Shown here piece by piece: positions 44,364-53,003 of a stretch of 64,000 bases of DNA (its first letter is position 1; every line of letters starts with the position of its first letter). This DNA comes from Fimbriiglobus sp. (GTDB lineage Bacteria; Planctomycetota; Planctomycetia; Gemmatales; Gemmataceae): NCBI GenBank assembly GCA_022841795.1, contig JALHQU010000016.1:3238-67237 (forward strand), given 5' to 3'. The notes under the pieces are model-generated. The model ran no database searches. It worked only from the letters and a program-made list of their open reading frames with translations, and was not told the origin of the DNA. The translations under genes were made by a program, and so were the position numbers.

Positions 44364-45257
44364 ATGTCATTAACTCCCGAGATTTTGGCCCGCATCGACC
44401 GCCTGGAGTTGGACGCCCGGCAGGTGGTCGAGGGGTACCTGGCCGGGCGGCACAAAAGCCCGCGGCACGGGTTCGCCGTCGAGTTCGCCCAGCACCGCGA
44501 GTACGCCCCCGGCGACGACATCAAGCACATCGACTGGAAGGTGTACGCCCGCACCGAGCGGTACCACCTGAAGCAGTACGAGCAGGAGACGAACCTGGTG
44601 GCGTGGATGGTGGTGGACGCCAGCGAGAGCATGAACGTGGGCACTGTGAAGCGGAAAGACGGCAGCTACGTCACCAAGTACGACACCGCCTGCACCCTGG
44701 CCGCCGCCCTCGGCTACCTGATCCTGAACCAGTCGGACACCATCGGCTTCCAGATGTACGCCGACCGGCTGAAGGCCGGCACCCGGCTGGGCGGGGGCAC
44801 CGGCAAGCTGCGGGAGCTGATCCGCCAGCTGGCCGACGGCCCGTACCGGGGGCAGTCGAACACCGGCGCCGCCCTGCAAGACATGGGCGGGCTGTTCGGC
44901 CGCCGCGGGGTGGTGTTCGTGTTCTCCGACCTGCTCGACGACCTCGACCCGCTGGTGAACGGCCTCCGCATCCTGAAGTCGCAGAAGCACGAGGTGGTGG
45001 TGTTCCAGGTGCTGGACGCGGCCGAACTGGACTTCCCGTTCCGCCAGCCGACGCTGTTCAAGGGGCTGGAGGAGTTGCCCGAGATCAGCACCGACCCGCT
45101 GAGCGTGCGGGACCAGTACCTGACGGGCTTGAACGCACACCTGACCGCGGTGGAGTCGGCGTGCCGCGCCCAGGAGATCGACTACGCCCGCGTGCGGACG
45201 GACCAGGACTTGGGGCTGGTGCTGGCCGAATACCTGCAGAAACGAAGAGGGCGGTGA
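44364..45257 (+). CDS. DUF58 domain protein (MoxR-associated)
   Basis: RHGFAVEFAQHREYAPGDDIKHIDWKVYART motif characteristic of DUF58. Start trimmed to MSLTPEIL. Confidence 0.8.
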   Translation: MSLTPEILARIDRLELDARQVVEGYLAGRHKSPRHGFAVEFAQHREYAPGDDIKHIDWKVYARTERYHLKQYEQETNLVAWMVVDASESMNVGTVKRKDGSYVTKYDTACTLAAALGYLILNQSDTIGFQMYADRLKAGTRLGGGTGKLRELIRQLADGPYRGQSNTGAALQDMGGLFGRRGVVFVFSDLLDDLDPLVNGLRILKSQKHEVVVFQVLDAAELDFPFRQPTLFKGLEELPEISTDPLSVRDQYLTGLNAHLTAVESACRAQEIDYARVRTDQDLGLVLAEYLQKRRGR

Positions 45258-45295
45258 CGGATCGACCGCCACCGCCCGCGGGCGTCACCCGTCGG

Positions 45296-47437
45296 TTACT
45301 TCCCGTTCGCCAGCGACGCGGTCGCCTCCTTCGTCAGCTTCTCGACCTCGGCCTTCAACTCCAGCGCCTCCGGGGTATCGGCGAACCCGCCCATCCCCGA
45401 CTTCTCGCCGAGCAGCAGGCTCATCAGCAGCCCGAGCGGGCCGCCGGCCACGCTGCCGGTGTCGCCGTTCGCCCCGCTCACGAACATCCGCTGCGGCACC
45501 AGCGGCTGGGCGCTGTTCGCCAGCCGGTCGGCCAGCACCGCCACCGCGTACAGCCGCGGGTCGCCGTAGGCGGCCACCTTCTTCATCACCACCGCCGCCT
45601 CACTCAGGCCGATCTGCAGCGCCTTCTGCCCTTCCCCGCGACCGGCCAGCACCCGCTCCTTCGCCTGCGCCTCGGCCGTCAGCACCGTCTGCTCGGCCTG
45701 CCGTTTCGCTCGGGCTAACTCGGCCTCGGCCACCACCACCGTCTGCTCACTCTGCTTGCGGGCGCGGGCCAACTCCGCCTCCCCGCGGCTCTCGGCGATC
45801 TTCACCTCGGCCGCCGCGTTCGTCAGTTGCACCTGCACGGCCGCGATCGCCTGCGCCTCGTTCAGCGAACGCTGCTTCTCCGCCGCCACCCGCTGCCGCT
45901 CGTAGGTCTCCACCTGCTCCATGCTCAGTTGCCGCAGCCGCAACTGCTCCAGCAGCGTCTCGATCTTGGTGTCCTTGTCCGCCGCCACCGGCTTGCCGAT
46001 GAGTACGTCCACGCACTCGATGTCGAACTCGCGGAAGCGGTCCCGCAGTTCCTTCCGCGCTTCGGCCTGGATCACGTCCCGCTCGTGCAACAGCGCCAGC
46101 ATCGTCTTGCGGTGGGCGATGTCGCGGAAGAACGCGCTCAGCATCGGGTCGATGGTCTGGGTGATCAGCTTCTTCACGTCCCCGAATCGCTGGATGACGC
46201 TCGGCGCCCGCTGGTAGTCGATGTGGACGACCACCGACAGCGGCAGCAGCGGCTCGTAGGCGTCCTTCGTCACCAGGTCGATGCTCCGCAGCCCCTCGTC
46301 GAACTTGTGCGCCTCCGTCTTGCCGGTGATCCAGTGCAGCACGAAGTTGGTGGTCGGCACCAGGATCACCTGCCCGGCGTACACGTTGAACGGGTACTTG
46401 CCCGGTCCGAGCGGGCGTTCCCACACCCCGCGTTCGCCCTCCTGCACCCGCTCGCCGTGGCGAAACGTCGTCCCGCTCACGTCCCGCCCGGCCCGGCCGA
46501 CGTAGCTCACCACCACGCCCACATGCCCGATCGGCACCACCGTCTTCTGCACCATCTCCACGGTGGCGAACCAGCGGTTGACGAAGTAGGTGCCGTCCGT
46601 CAGCGGGGCGTACTGCCGGCCCCGCCGCCCGCCGGCGGTCAGGAACGCCTCCGGGTCCTGGTAGTTGTTGTGGTAGCTGGCGCCGTCCGGCTCGGTGCCG
46701 ACGGCCGGGGCGATGATCTCGCCCGGCGGCAGGCTCGGCCCGTCGTGGACCGTCACCACCCCGATCAGGTCGTCGTGAACCTCCGTCTCGCCGCTGTCGC
46801 TGCTCCCGCCGATGACCACCGGGTGGAACCCCTCGCACTCGGTCAGTTGCTCGTGCCACGTCTTCACCGACGCCGACTCCTGCGCGTCGAGCAGTTGCTT
46901 CAGGCTGTACGCCCGGTTCTCGGTCATCACCACGAACGCCGCCGGGTTGATGGCGTACACCCCCTCCCGCAGGATCATCCGCTGGCGGCCCCGCTGCCCG
47001 TGGTCGGCCTCGCCGGCGGTGCGGGTGAGGAACCCGCGGGCGTCCTGGAAGTTGTTGCAGTCGGCCACCCGGCCGAGCGTCTGGCTCGGCGGCAGCGGTT
47101 CGCCGTCGCGGGCATACACGTAGCCGATCTGCCCCTGCGGGACCGTCACGAGCGGGACGACGTGAACCCGGTACTGCCACCGCCACAGGCCGAAGTGCAG
47201 ACCGCCCCGCAGCAGGTCGGCCTGATACCCGGCCTCGCCGTTCAGGGCGATGATCCGCCCCTCGGAGATCGACCCCTTCTGCGACCACAGCTTCTCCACC
47301 ACCCCGACCTTGTCGTTCGGGATCACCCGCACCGCCAGCCACCAGAGGAACAGCGGGAGGAACACGGCGGCGGCGGCGACCGGCCAGTACTGCTGGAGCA
47401 GTTGCGGCACTTCGACCGCGGCGAACAGCGGGAACAT
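45296..47437 (-). CDS. SPFH/band-7 (flotillin-like) protein with long coiled-coil
   Basis: N-terminal TM, SPFH-like core, extended A/E/K/R-rich coiled coil (AEAELARAKRQAEQ). Confidence 0.7.
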   Translation of the reverse strand: MFPLFAAVEVPQLLQQYWPVAAAAVFLPLFLWWLAVRVIPNDKVGVVEKLWSQKGSISEGRIIALNGEAGYQADLLRGGLHFGLWRWQYRVHVVPLVTVPQGQIGYVYARDGEPLPPSQTLGRVADCNNFQDARGFLTRTAGEADHGQRGRQRMILREGVYAINPAAFVVMTENRAYSLKQLLDAQESASVKTWHEQLTECEGFHPVVIGGSSDSGETEVHDDLIGVVTVHDGPSLPPGEIIAPAVGTEPDGASYHNNYQDPEAFLTAGGRRGRQYAPLTDGTYFVNRWFATVEMVQKTVVPIGHVGVVVSYVGRAGRDVSGTTFRHGERVQEGERGVWERPLGPGKYPFNVYAGQVILVPTTNFVLHWITGKTEAHKFDEGLRSIDLVTKDAYEPLLPLSVVVHIDYQRAPSVIQRFGDVKKLITQTIDPMLSAFFRDIAHRKTMLALLHERDVIQAEARKELRDRFREFDIECVDVLIGKPVAADKDTKIETLLEQLRLRQLSMEQVETYERQRVAAEKQRSLNEAQAIAAVQVQLTNAAAEVKIAESRGEAELARARKQSEQTVVVAEAELARAKRQAEQTVLTAEAQAKERVLAGRGEGQKALQIGLSEAAVVMKKVAAYGDPRLYAVAVLADRLANSAQPLVPQRMFVSGANGDTGSVAGGPLGLLMSLLLGEKSGMGGFADTPEALELKAEVEKLTKEATASLANGK

Positions 47438-47858
47438 GGACGCACCTTTGGGTGCGAGGCAGGGCGCGATCGTCCGAGATGAGACGACGAGGGTGCCCGT
47501 TCAGTGGCGGCGGACGACACGTCCGCGCCGGCCTGCGAGGTTAGCTGACGGGCTAGGGCTTGAACGTGCCCCGGTGAACTGGGTTCACCTGCGCCCCAGG
47601 AGGCGTCTCTCGTCGCCCCCGGTGGTTCCCCCGCTCCCGCGTTGTGCCGCGGGACTCGGCTGCATGGTGGTAGTTTCGCTCACGATCGGACGGGATTCCA
47701 GTAAATTCGCCGTCGCGGTGGCGTCGCTCTGACGGGTGTCTTTCCGGCGACTTGGTACACACCCAATCCTGGAAGATGACCCCATTTTCGGAACATGCCA
47801 TGCCCAGCAACGACTTACGGCGAATTTCACCCCACACGCGATCGTGTAAATCCGCAGG

Positions 47859-48482
47859 TCATCCCCGAGCCAACCGCAGTAGGTGACGGCGACGGAAACC
47901 GCCAGCCAGCCCGGCCAAGCCGACGCCGGCCAGCAGGACGGTGCCCGGTTCGGGCACGAACCGCAGGTTCTCCACGTCCGGGGTCATCGACAGCCGGACG
48001 GTGCCGTCCGCGTCCACCGCCACGTCGTACCGATTCGCCCGCTGGCCGCCGATGTAGTTGTCGCCGAACCACGCGAACAGCCGGTCCGTTTCACCGACGA
48101 ACTCCCACGCCGGGCCGTCGGCCGTACTCACCTTCTCCCACTCCCAGGTGACGCTCCAGTTGGCATAGTCGAAGGTCCGCCCGCCGGACGCCTCGTCCGT
48201 GAACTTCACCAGCAGCGTGTCGGTCAGCGTCACCTCGTGGTCGTCCCACAACCAGGTGGCCGCGTCCGGCAGGTTGACAGGCGGGGTGAGCGGCCGTTTC
48301 AGTGCTTTGTCGAAGACGACGGTGTCGGTGGTGGCCAGGCCGGTGGCGGCCCCCAGCACCTGGGCCGGGGCGACGACGGTGCGGACGTCGTACCCCCACG
48401 TCGGCATCGGCAGCGGCTCGGCCGACGCGGATGCGGCCAGACCGAGGGCGGCGAACAGGGCGGCGAAAGTGGGACGATTCAA
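47859..48482 (-). CDS. PEP-CTERM sorting domain protein
   Basis: Signal peptide. C-terminal VPEPGTVLLAGVGLAGLAGGFRRRH (PEP + TM + Arg cluster). Confidence 0.65.
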   Translation of the reverse strand: MNRPTFAALFAALGLAASASAEPLPMPTWGYDVRTVVAPAQVLGAATGLATTDTVVFDKALKRPLTPPVNLPDAATWLWDDHEVTLTDTLLVKFTDEASGGRTFDYANWSVTWEWEKVSTADGPAWEFVGETDRLFAWFGDNYIGGQRANRYDVAVDADGTVRLSMTPDVENLRFVPEPGTVLLAGVGLAGLAGGFRRRHLLRLARG

Positions 48483-48566
48483 GGGACAGCTCCGGGTGCG
48501 GGCGACACGGCACCTCTTACCCCGAAGCTGGATGTAACAGCAAGCCGAGTCGTCGGGGGCGGGTTC

Positions 48567-48782
48567 GGAGGCCCGAAGGGCCGGACTCCCTTAGCCCAGG
48601 TCGGAGCGAGCCGAAGGCGAGCGCAGGCCTGGGTAACGGGTGTGAAGGGGAACAAGCCCCGTAGGGGCGAGCTAAGACAGGCCGCCCCTACGGGGCTTGG
48701 GTGAATGGCAGACCGCAACCCAGGGCGACGTTCGCCTTCGGCTCACTTGCCCTGGGCTGAGGGAGTGCGGCCCTTCGGGCCT
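48567..48782. repeat. about 215-bp nested palindromic element, copy B
   Basis: Same architecture as 22150..22363. Inner hairpins read CAAGCCCCGTAGGGGCG / CGCCCCTACGGGGCTTG. Confidence 0.8.
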
Positions 48783-48816
48783 TAAAACGGCGGACTTCGA
48801 CCGAACGGCGGGTCCG

Positions 48817-50505
48817 TCACTTCTTCGCCGGCAGGGTCGGGCAGGTGAACGGGAACGGCCGCACCTGGTTGGTACACAGGTACAGGCGGACGTGGCGGAC
48901 CGGCTGGCCGTTTCGGGTCATCCAGAAGTCGTCGATCAGCTCCACGCGGCTGAAGTACGGGGCGTAGTCCTTCGGCTCCCACGGGCGGTCGTCCAGGGCC
49001 ACCATCACCCCGTCCCACCCCAGCCAGTCGTCCGGCCGGCTCCAGTAGGCGAACCCGCGGGTGTCGTACCGGCTGTAGGAGAGCACCGGCGCGCGGCCGG
49101 CGGTGGCGAACCCGATCTGCCCGCCCTCGTGGAACACCCCGCCGCAGAACACGAACGTGTTCGGCCGGCCGACCAGCCCGTGCGCGTCCAGCCGGTCGGC
49201 CAGTGACTCCCACCCGCACTGCTCGTTCAGCGGGTCGTCGGCGATCGGCACGGCGGCGGCGAACAGCCCGGTGCGGGCGTGGACGGCGAACAGGAAGGTG
49301 AGGGTGACGAACCAGAACGCCCAGCCGGCGACGATCAGCCGCACCGCCCGCGGCCGGCGGTCGGCCCACTCTACGAACTGTCTCGCCGCGAGTGGTAGCA
49401 GCGGCAGCACCCCCACCAGCGTCCAGTACCCGGAGGTGATGCGGACGAACGACACCGCCAGGAAGAAGCTCAGCGGCACCACCGCCAGGCAGAGCAGCAG
49501 CCGCTCGTGGTTGGTGTTCGCCCGCCACCGCCGCAGCCCGTTCACCAGCACGACGAGGACGGCCGCCCACAGGAACGGGCCGAGGTAGCCGAGCTGCCCG
49601 ACCAGCATGCGGGCGATGAACTCCGGGCGGAACTCGGTGCCCACCGCCCGCCCGCCCTGGTACGCGAACGACGCCCACTCGTGGGTGGCGTTCCAGTACA
49701 GCACCGGGGCGAACCCGGCCACGCCGATGAGCACCGCCAGGTACGGGCCGGGGGTGAGTAGCACCCGCCGGGCGGCCGGCGTGAGCAGGATGTACAGCAC
49801 TGCCCCGGCTGGCAGGAACACCGCGTGGTACTTGCTCAGCAGCGCCCCCGCCCACGCCAGCCCGACCCACACCCAGGGCAAAGTAGCAGGCACACTCCGT
49901 GTGCCGACTGCCGCGGACGGCACACGGAGTGTGCCTGCTACTTTTTCGTCCACCACCGCCCGGCCGAGGGCGATGAGGGTGAGCAGGGCGAAGAACAGGA
50001 ACGGGCCGTCCGGCATCACCTGCCCGCCGGCCCCCAGGCTGAAGAACGGCGCCAGGTTCCACAGCACCGCCGCCCACAGGCCGGCCCGCTCGCCGTACCG
50101 CCCGGCCGTCCACCGCGCGAGCACCCACGCCGTCGCCGCCGAGATGAGCACGAACCCGACGCGGATGGAAAACGGCGACACCTGCCCGCCGCACGCCAGC
50201 AGCCCGCCGGCGGTCACCGCCGCCAGCATCGGCGGGTGGTCGAAGTAACTGAGCGACGGGTGGACGGTGTACAGGTAGTGGTACCCCTCGTCCTTGTTCA
50301 CCGGCATCACCGCCGCCCACGCCAGCCGCAGCGCCAGCGCCACCCCGATGACGACCGCGGTGGCGGCCCGCGGCGAGAGCGGGGTGCGGCGGACCGCCGG
50401 GCGGGCGGGGGCCGGCGGGGTGAGGATGAGCGGCGTGATCGGCGCACCGGGGCTGGCGAAAGCGAGTGTGGTGCGAGATCGGCCGCCCCGCCCGCCCCCG
50501 CGCAC
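48817..50505 (-). CDS. glycosyltransferase family 39 (ArnT/PMT-like) membrane protein
   Basis: Many TM helices. DEGYHY..FDHPP and KYH motifs of dolichyl-phosphate-mannose/ArnT-type transferases. The exact start is uncertain. Confidence 0.7.
   Translation of the reverse strand: MRGGGRGGRSRTTLAFASPGAPITPLILTPPAPARPAVRRTPLSPRAATAVVIGVALALRLAWAAVMPVNKDEGYHYLYTVHPSLSYFDHPPMLAAVTAGGLLACGGQVSPFSIRVGFVLISAATAWVLARWTAGRYGERAGLWAAVLWNLAPFFSLGAGGQVMPDGPFLFFALLTLIALGRAVVDEKVAGTLRVPSAAVGTRSVPATLPWVWVGLAWAGALLSKYHAVFLPAGAVLYILLTPAARRVLLTPGPYLAVLIGVAGFAPVLYWNATHEWASFAYQGGRAVGTEFRPEFIARMLVGQLGYLGPFLWAAVLVVLVNGLRRWRANTNHERLLLCLAVVPLSFFLAVSFVRITSGYWTLVGVLPLLPLAARQFVEWADRRPRAVRLIVAGWAFWFVTLTFLFAVHARTGLFAAAVPIADDPLNEQCGWESLADRLDAHGLVGRPNTFVFCGGVFHEGGQIGFATAGRAPVLSYSRYDTRGFAYWSRPDDWLGWDGVMVALDDRPWEPKDYAPYFSRVELIDDFWMTRNGQPVRHVRLYLCTNQVRPFPFTCPTLPAKK
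49880..49944. repeat. 65-bp perfect palindrome embedded in-frame inside the GT39 CDS
   Basis: AAAGTAGCAGGCACACTCCGTGTGCCG-ACTGCCGCGGA-CGGCACACGGAGTGTGCCTGCTACTTT, encoding ...KVAGTLRVPSAAVGTRSVPATL... Confidence 0.85.
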
Positions 50506-50608
50506 CCCGTTTCCGGAATACCCGTCCGCCTGTCCGCGGCGGAATGAGCCTTTTCGTTCCCGTCGCTACAGCCCGCAGGGTCGCCGGCGGACGCTCGCCA
50601 GGCAGTGG

Positions 50609-50678
50609 GGCAAGATGGCATCTTGCCACGGCAAGTTGGAAACTTGCCCCACTCCCGATGGCAAGTTGGAAACTTGCC
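50609..50678. promoter_or_regulatory. three tandem 19-bp palindromic operator-like sites (GGCAAG-N7-CTTGCC)
   Basis: GGCAAGATGGCATCTTGCC (50609), GGCAAGTTGGAAACTTGCC (50630), GGCAAGTTGGAAACTTGCC (50660), in a divergent intergenic region. Confidence 0.6.
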
Positions 50679-50774
50679 CCACACGGTCGTCGGCCGGCCG
50701 GTCGCCTTGCCCGCACTCCCCCCCGGCCCCTACAACGCGAACACCGACCGCACCCCTCTTCCCGGAGACCCCCG

Positions 50775-51950
50775 ATGGGCTTCAAACAGACCGCCGCGCA
50801 CAAGAACGGTAAGGGCAGCTTCCACCAGATCGGCCTGGTCCGCGGGCAGTTCGGCAACATCCCGCACGCCCAGTGGGTCAAGTTCATCGCCGACGCCGGG
50901 TTCGACGGGTACGAGGCGGCGAGCTGGGAACTGAACCTGCGGGACGCCGACACCGACGCCGGCGCCGCGGCGATGGCCGGCAACATGGTGAACGAGGCGA
51001 AGGCGAACGGCCTCGAAATCTTCACCGTCGCGGTTCACCTCCAGGGGCAGGTGCTGGGCGACGAGCCGAGCGCGAAGACGCTCAACTTCTGCAACCCGAA
51101 GGGGGCGGCGCGGCAGGCGTACAGCGCGTGGCGGAAGGCCGGCAACACCCCGCCGCGGACCGACCCGTACTTCGTCCCGCCGGACGTGGCCAAGCTGGTT
51201 CACGAGGAGGCGGCGAAGGACCTGATGGCGAGCGTGCGGCTGGCCGGGCACCTGAGCAAGTTGCAGAACCGCAAGGTGGCCCTGCCGGGGTTCGTCGGCT
51301 CGCCCGCCGGGTGCTGGAACCACTGGTTCCTATTCCCGCCGCTGCCCGATTCGATGGACGGGCACAAGCTGGAGGACGTGCGGGAGGTGAGCCTGCAACT
51401 CCTCGTGGAACGCTTCGGCCCGATCTGGTCCGAGTGCAAGAAGTACGGCATCACCTACGACCTGGAGTGCCACCCGAGCGAGCGGGCGATGGGCGACCTG
51501 GAGAGCGCCGCCGACTACATCCAGCACCTGAACAAGGCCGGGTTCGAGGGCACCGTGGGGTTCAACCTGGACGGGTCGCACATGGAGTGGCAGAACGTGT
51601 CGGTCATCCAGTTCATCCGCGAGTTCGCGGACTACATCCACTGCGCGCACGTCAAGGGGGTGCAGGTGGAGCGGGAACACTGCCGCGGCGGGCGGCTGGG
51701 TGGGCACCGGCCGATGGGCCACTGGACGAACGGGTGGAAGTTCGTGACCGCCGGCACCATGCGGGACGCGAACTCGCTCGAAGAGATCTTCATCGAGCTG
51801 AACCGGGTGGGGTACGACGGGGCGGTGAGCATCGAGTGGGAGGACAACGACGCCGACCAGCTGGCCGGGGCGAAAGCAGCACTGGCGAACGCCCGGAAGG
51901 CCGACCTGCCGCCCAGCGGCATGCGGCACGACGACATGCTGAAAGGGTAA
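50775..51950 (+). CDS. sugar phosphate isomerase/epimerase (xylose isomerase-like TIM barrel)
   Basis: AP-endonuclease-2/TIM-barrel blocks (GFDGYE, ECHP, GHWT..GYDGAVSIEWED). Start trimmed to MGFKQTAAH. Confidence 0.65.
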   Translation: MGFKQTAAHKNGKGSFHQIGLVRGQFGNIPHAQWVKFIADAGFDGYEAASWELNLRDADTDAGAAAMAGNMVNEAKANGLEIFTVAVHLQGQVLGDEPSAKTLNFCNPKGAARQAYSAWRKAGNTPPRTDPYFVPPDVAKLVHEEAAKDLMASVRLAGHLSKLQNRKVALPGFVGSPAGCWNHWFLFPPLPDSMDGHKLEDVREVSLQLLVERFGPIWSECKKYGITYDLECHPSERAMGDLESAADYIQHLNKAGFEGTVGFNLDGSHMEWQNVSVIQFIREFADYIHCAHVKGVQVEREHCRGGRLGGHRPMGHWTNGWKFVTAGTMRDANSLEEIFIELNRVGYDGAVSIEWEDNDADQLAGAKAALANARKADLPPSGMRHDDMLKG

Positions 51951-51969
51951 CGGCGTTCGCCGTTCGGGG

Positions 51970-52003
51970 CGCCTTCCCGTTCCAACGGGGAGGCGTTTTT
52001 GTT
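51970..52003. terminator. rho-independent terminator
   Basis: CGCCTTCCCG-TTCCAA-CGGGGAGGCG followed by TTTTTGTT. Confidence 0.7.
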
Positions 52004-52028
52004 ACGGTGGACGGTAAGGAGGAACGCC

Positions 52029-52256
52029 ATGAGTCGGATCACGCTGACCGCCGACATGACAGCCCTGTTGAGCGGGGCGAACGGGCGGGTGGAACTGTGC
52101 GACGATGCCGGGAACCCGATCGGGTTCTTTGAACCGCAGCCAGAGCAGCGGGGGGAATACTGGCCGTTCACCGACGAGGAGGTGGCAGAGGCCGACAAGG
52201 ACACCGGCCCCACCTGCACCCTCGACGACATCGCCAAACGGGCGGGGCTGCTGTGA
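52029..52256 (+). CDS. putative antitoxin (unknown family) of ParE/RelE-like pair
   Basis: AAGGAGG Shine-Dalgarno 7 nt upstream. 4-bp overlap (GTGA) with the downstream toxin gene. Confidence 0.5.
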   Translation: MSRITLTADMTALLSGANGRVELCDDAGNPIGFFEPQPEQRGEYWPFTDEEVAEADKDTGPTCTLDDIAKRAGLL

Positions 52257-52510
52257 GCTACACCGTCGCCTGGAATTCCCTCGCCGCCAACCAGATGCAC
52301 GCCCAACTGCTCCGCGCCGCCGACAAGCAGCAACTGCTCCGGGCCGCCCGCACGGTGGAGAACGCACTCCGGCGTGACCCGTGGGTGGCGGGCGAGGGGC
52401 GAAGTGCCAACCGACGCATTCTGTTCGAGCGGCCGTTGCTATTCCTCTTCCGCATCGACGACGACACCCAGACGGTTTTCATCGAACGGGTGAAGTGGGT
52501 GGGCCACTAG
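52253..52510 (+). CDS. ParE/RelE-like toxin
   Basis: 85 aa with C-terminal RRILFERPLLFLFRIDDDTQTVFIERVKWVGH resembling the ParE/RelE beta-sheet core. Confidence 0.5.
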   Translation: MSYTVAWNSLAANQMHAQLLRAADKQQLLRAARTVENALRRDPWVAGEGRSANRRILFERPLLFLFRIDDDTQTVFIERVKWVGH

Positions 52511-52532
52511 CGGGCCGCCTGAGAGGTGAGCC

Positions 52533-53000
52533 GTGTCCCGCATCCTCAAACCTCCCGCCCCGCTGGACCTCGCCACCGATGAGCGGGCGGTGTTCCTGGC
52601 CGGGTCCATCGAGATGGGCGCCGCCGGGCCGTGGCAGGCGGCGGTGGAGCGGGCGCTCGCCGACCTGCCGGTGGTCATCCTGAACCCGCGGCGGGACGAG
52701 TGGGACGCCTCGTGGGAGCAGTCCATTTCCAACCCGCAGTTCCGCGGGCAGGTGGAGTGGGAGCTGGACGGCCAGCAGCGGGCGGACGTGATCGCCATGC
52801 ACTTCGACCCGGCGACCAAAGCCCCGATCACCCTGCTCGAACTCGGCCTGTTCGCCGCCAGCGGGAAGGTGGTGGCGTGCTGCCCGCCGGGGTACTGGCG
52901 GCGGGGGAACGTCGAGGTGGTGTGCTGCCGGTACGGGGTGCCGCTGGTGAACGACCTGGCGGACCTGATCGCGGCAGTGCGGGAGCGGCTGACCGGCTGA
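52533..53000 (+). CDS. nucleoside 2-deoxyribosyltransferase-like protein
   Basis: VFLAGSIEMG, ILNPRRDEWD and QVEWELDGQQRADVIAMHFD blocks resemble the Nuc_deoxyri_tr2-like family. Tentative. Confidence 0.45.
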   Translation: MSRILKPPAPLDLATDERAVFLAGSIEMGAAGPWQAAVERALADLPVVILNPRRDEWDASWEQSISNPQFRGQVEWELDGQQRADVIAMHFDPATKAPITLLELGLFAASGKVVACCPPGYWRRGNVEVVCCRYGVPLVNDLADLIAAVRERLTG

Positions 53001-53003
53001 ACC

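Noticed and set aside
47795-47850. tmRNA-like tag reading (GCCCAGCAACGACTTACGGCGAATTTC...TAA)
   Set aside because: The encoded peptide (AQQRLTANFTPHAIV) lacks the canonical C-terminal ALAA-type degron, and no tRNA-like acceptor or T-arm sequence flanks it.
50628-50681. The direct repeat GGCAAGTTGGAAACTTGCCCCAC x2 as a mini-CRISPR or attachment site
   Set aside because: There are only two or three copies, each is internally palindromic, and they lie in a divergent promoter region. This is better explained as transcription-factor operators.
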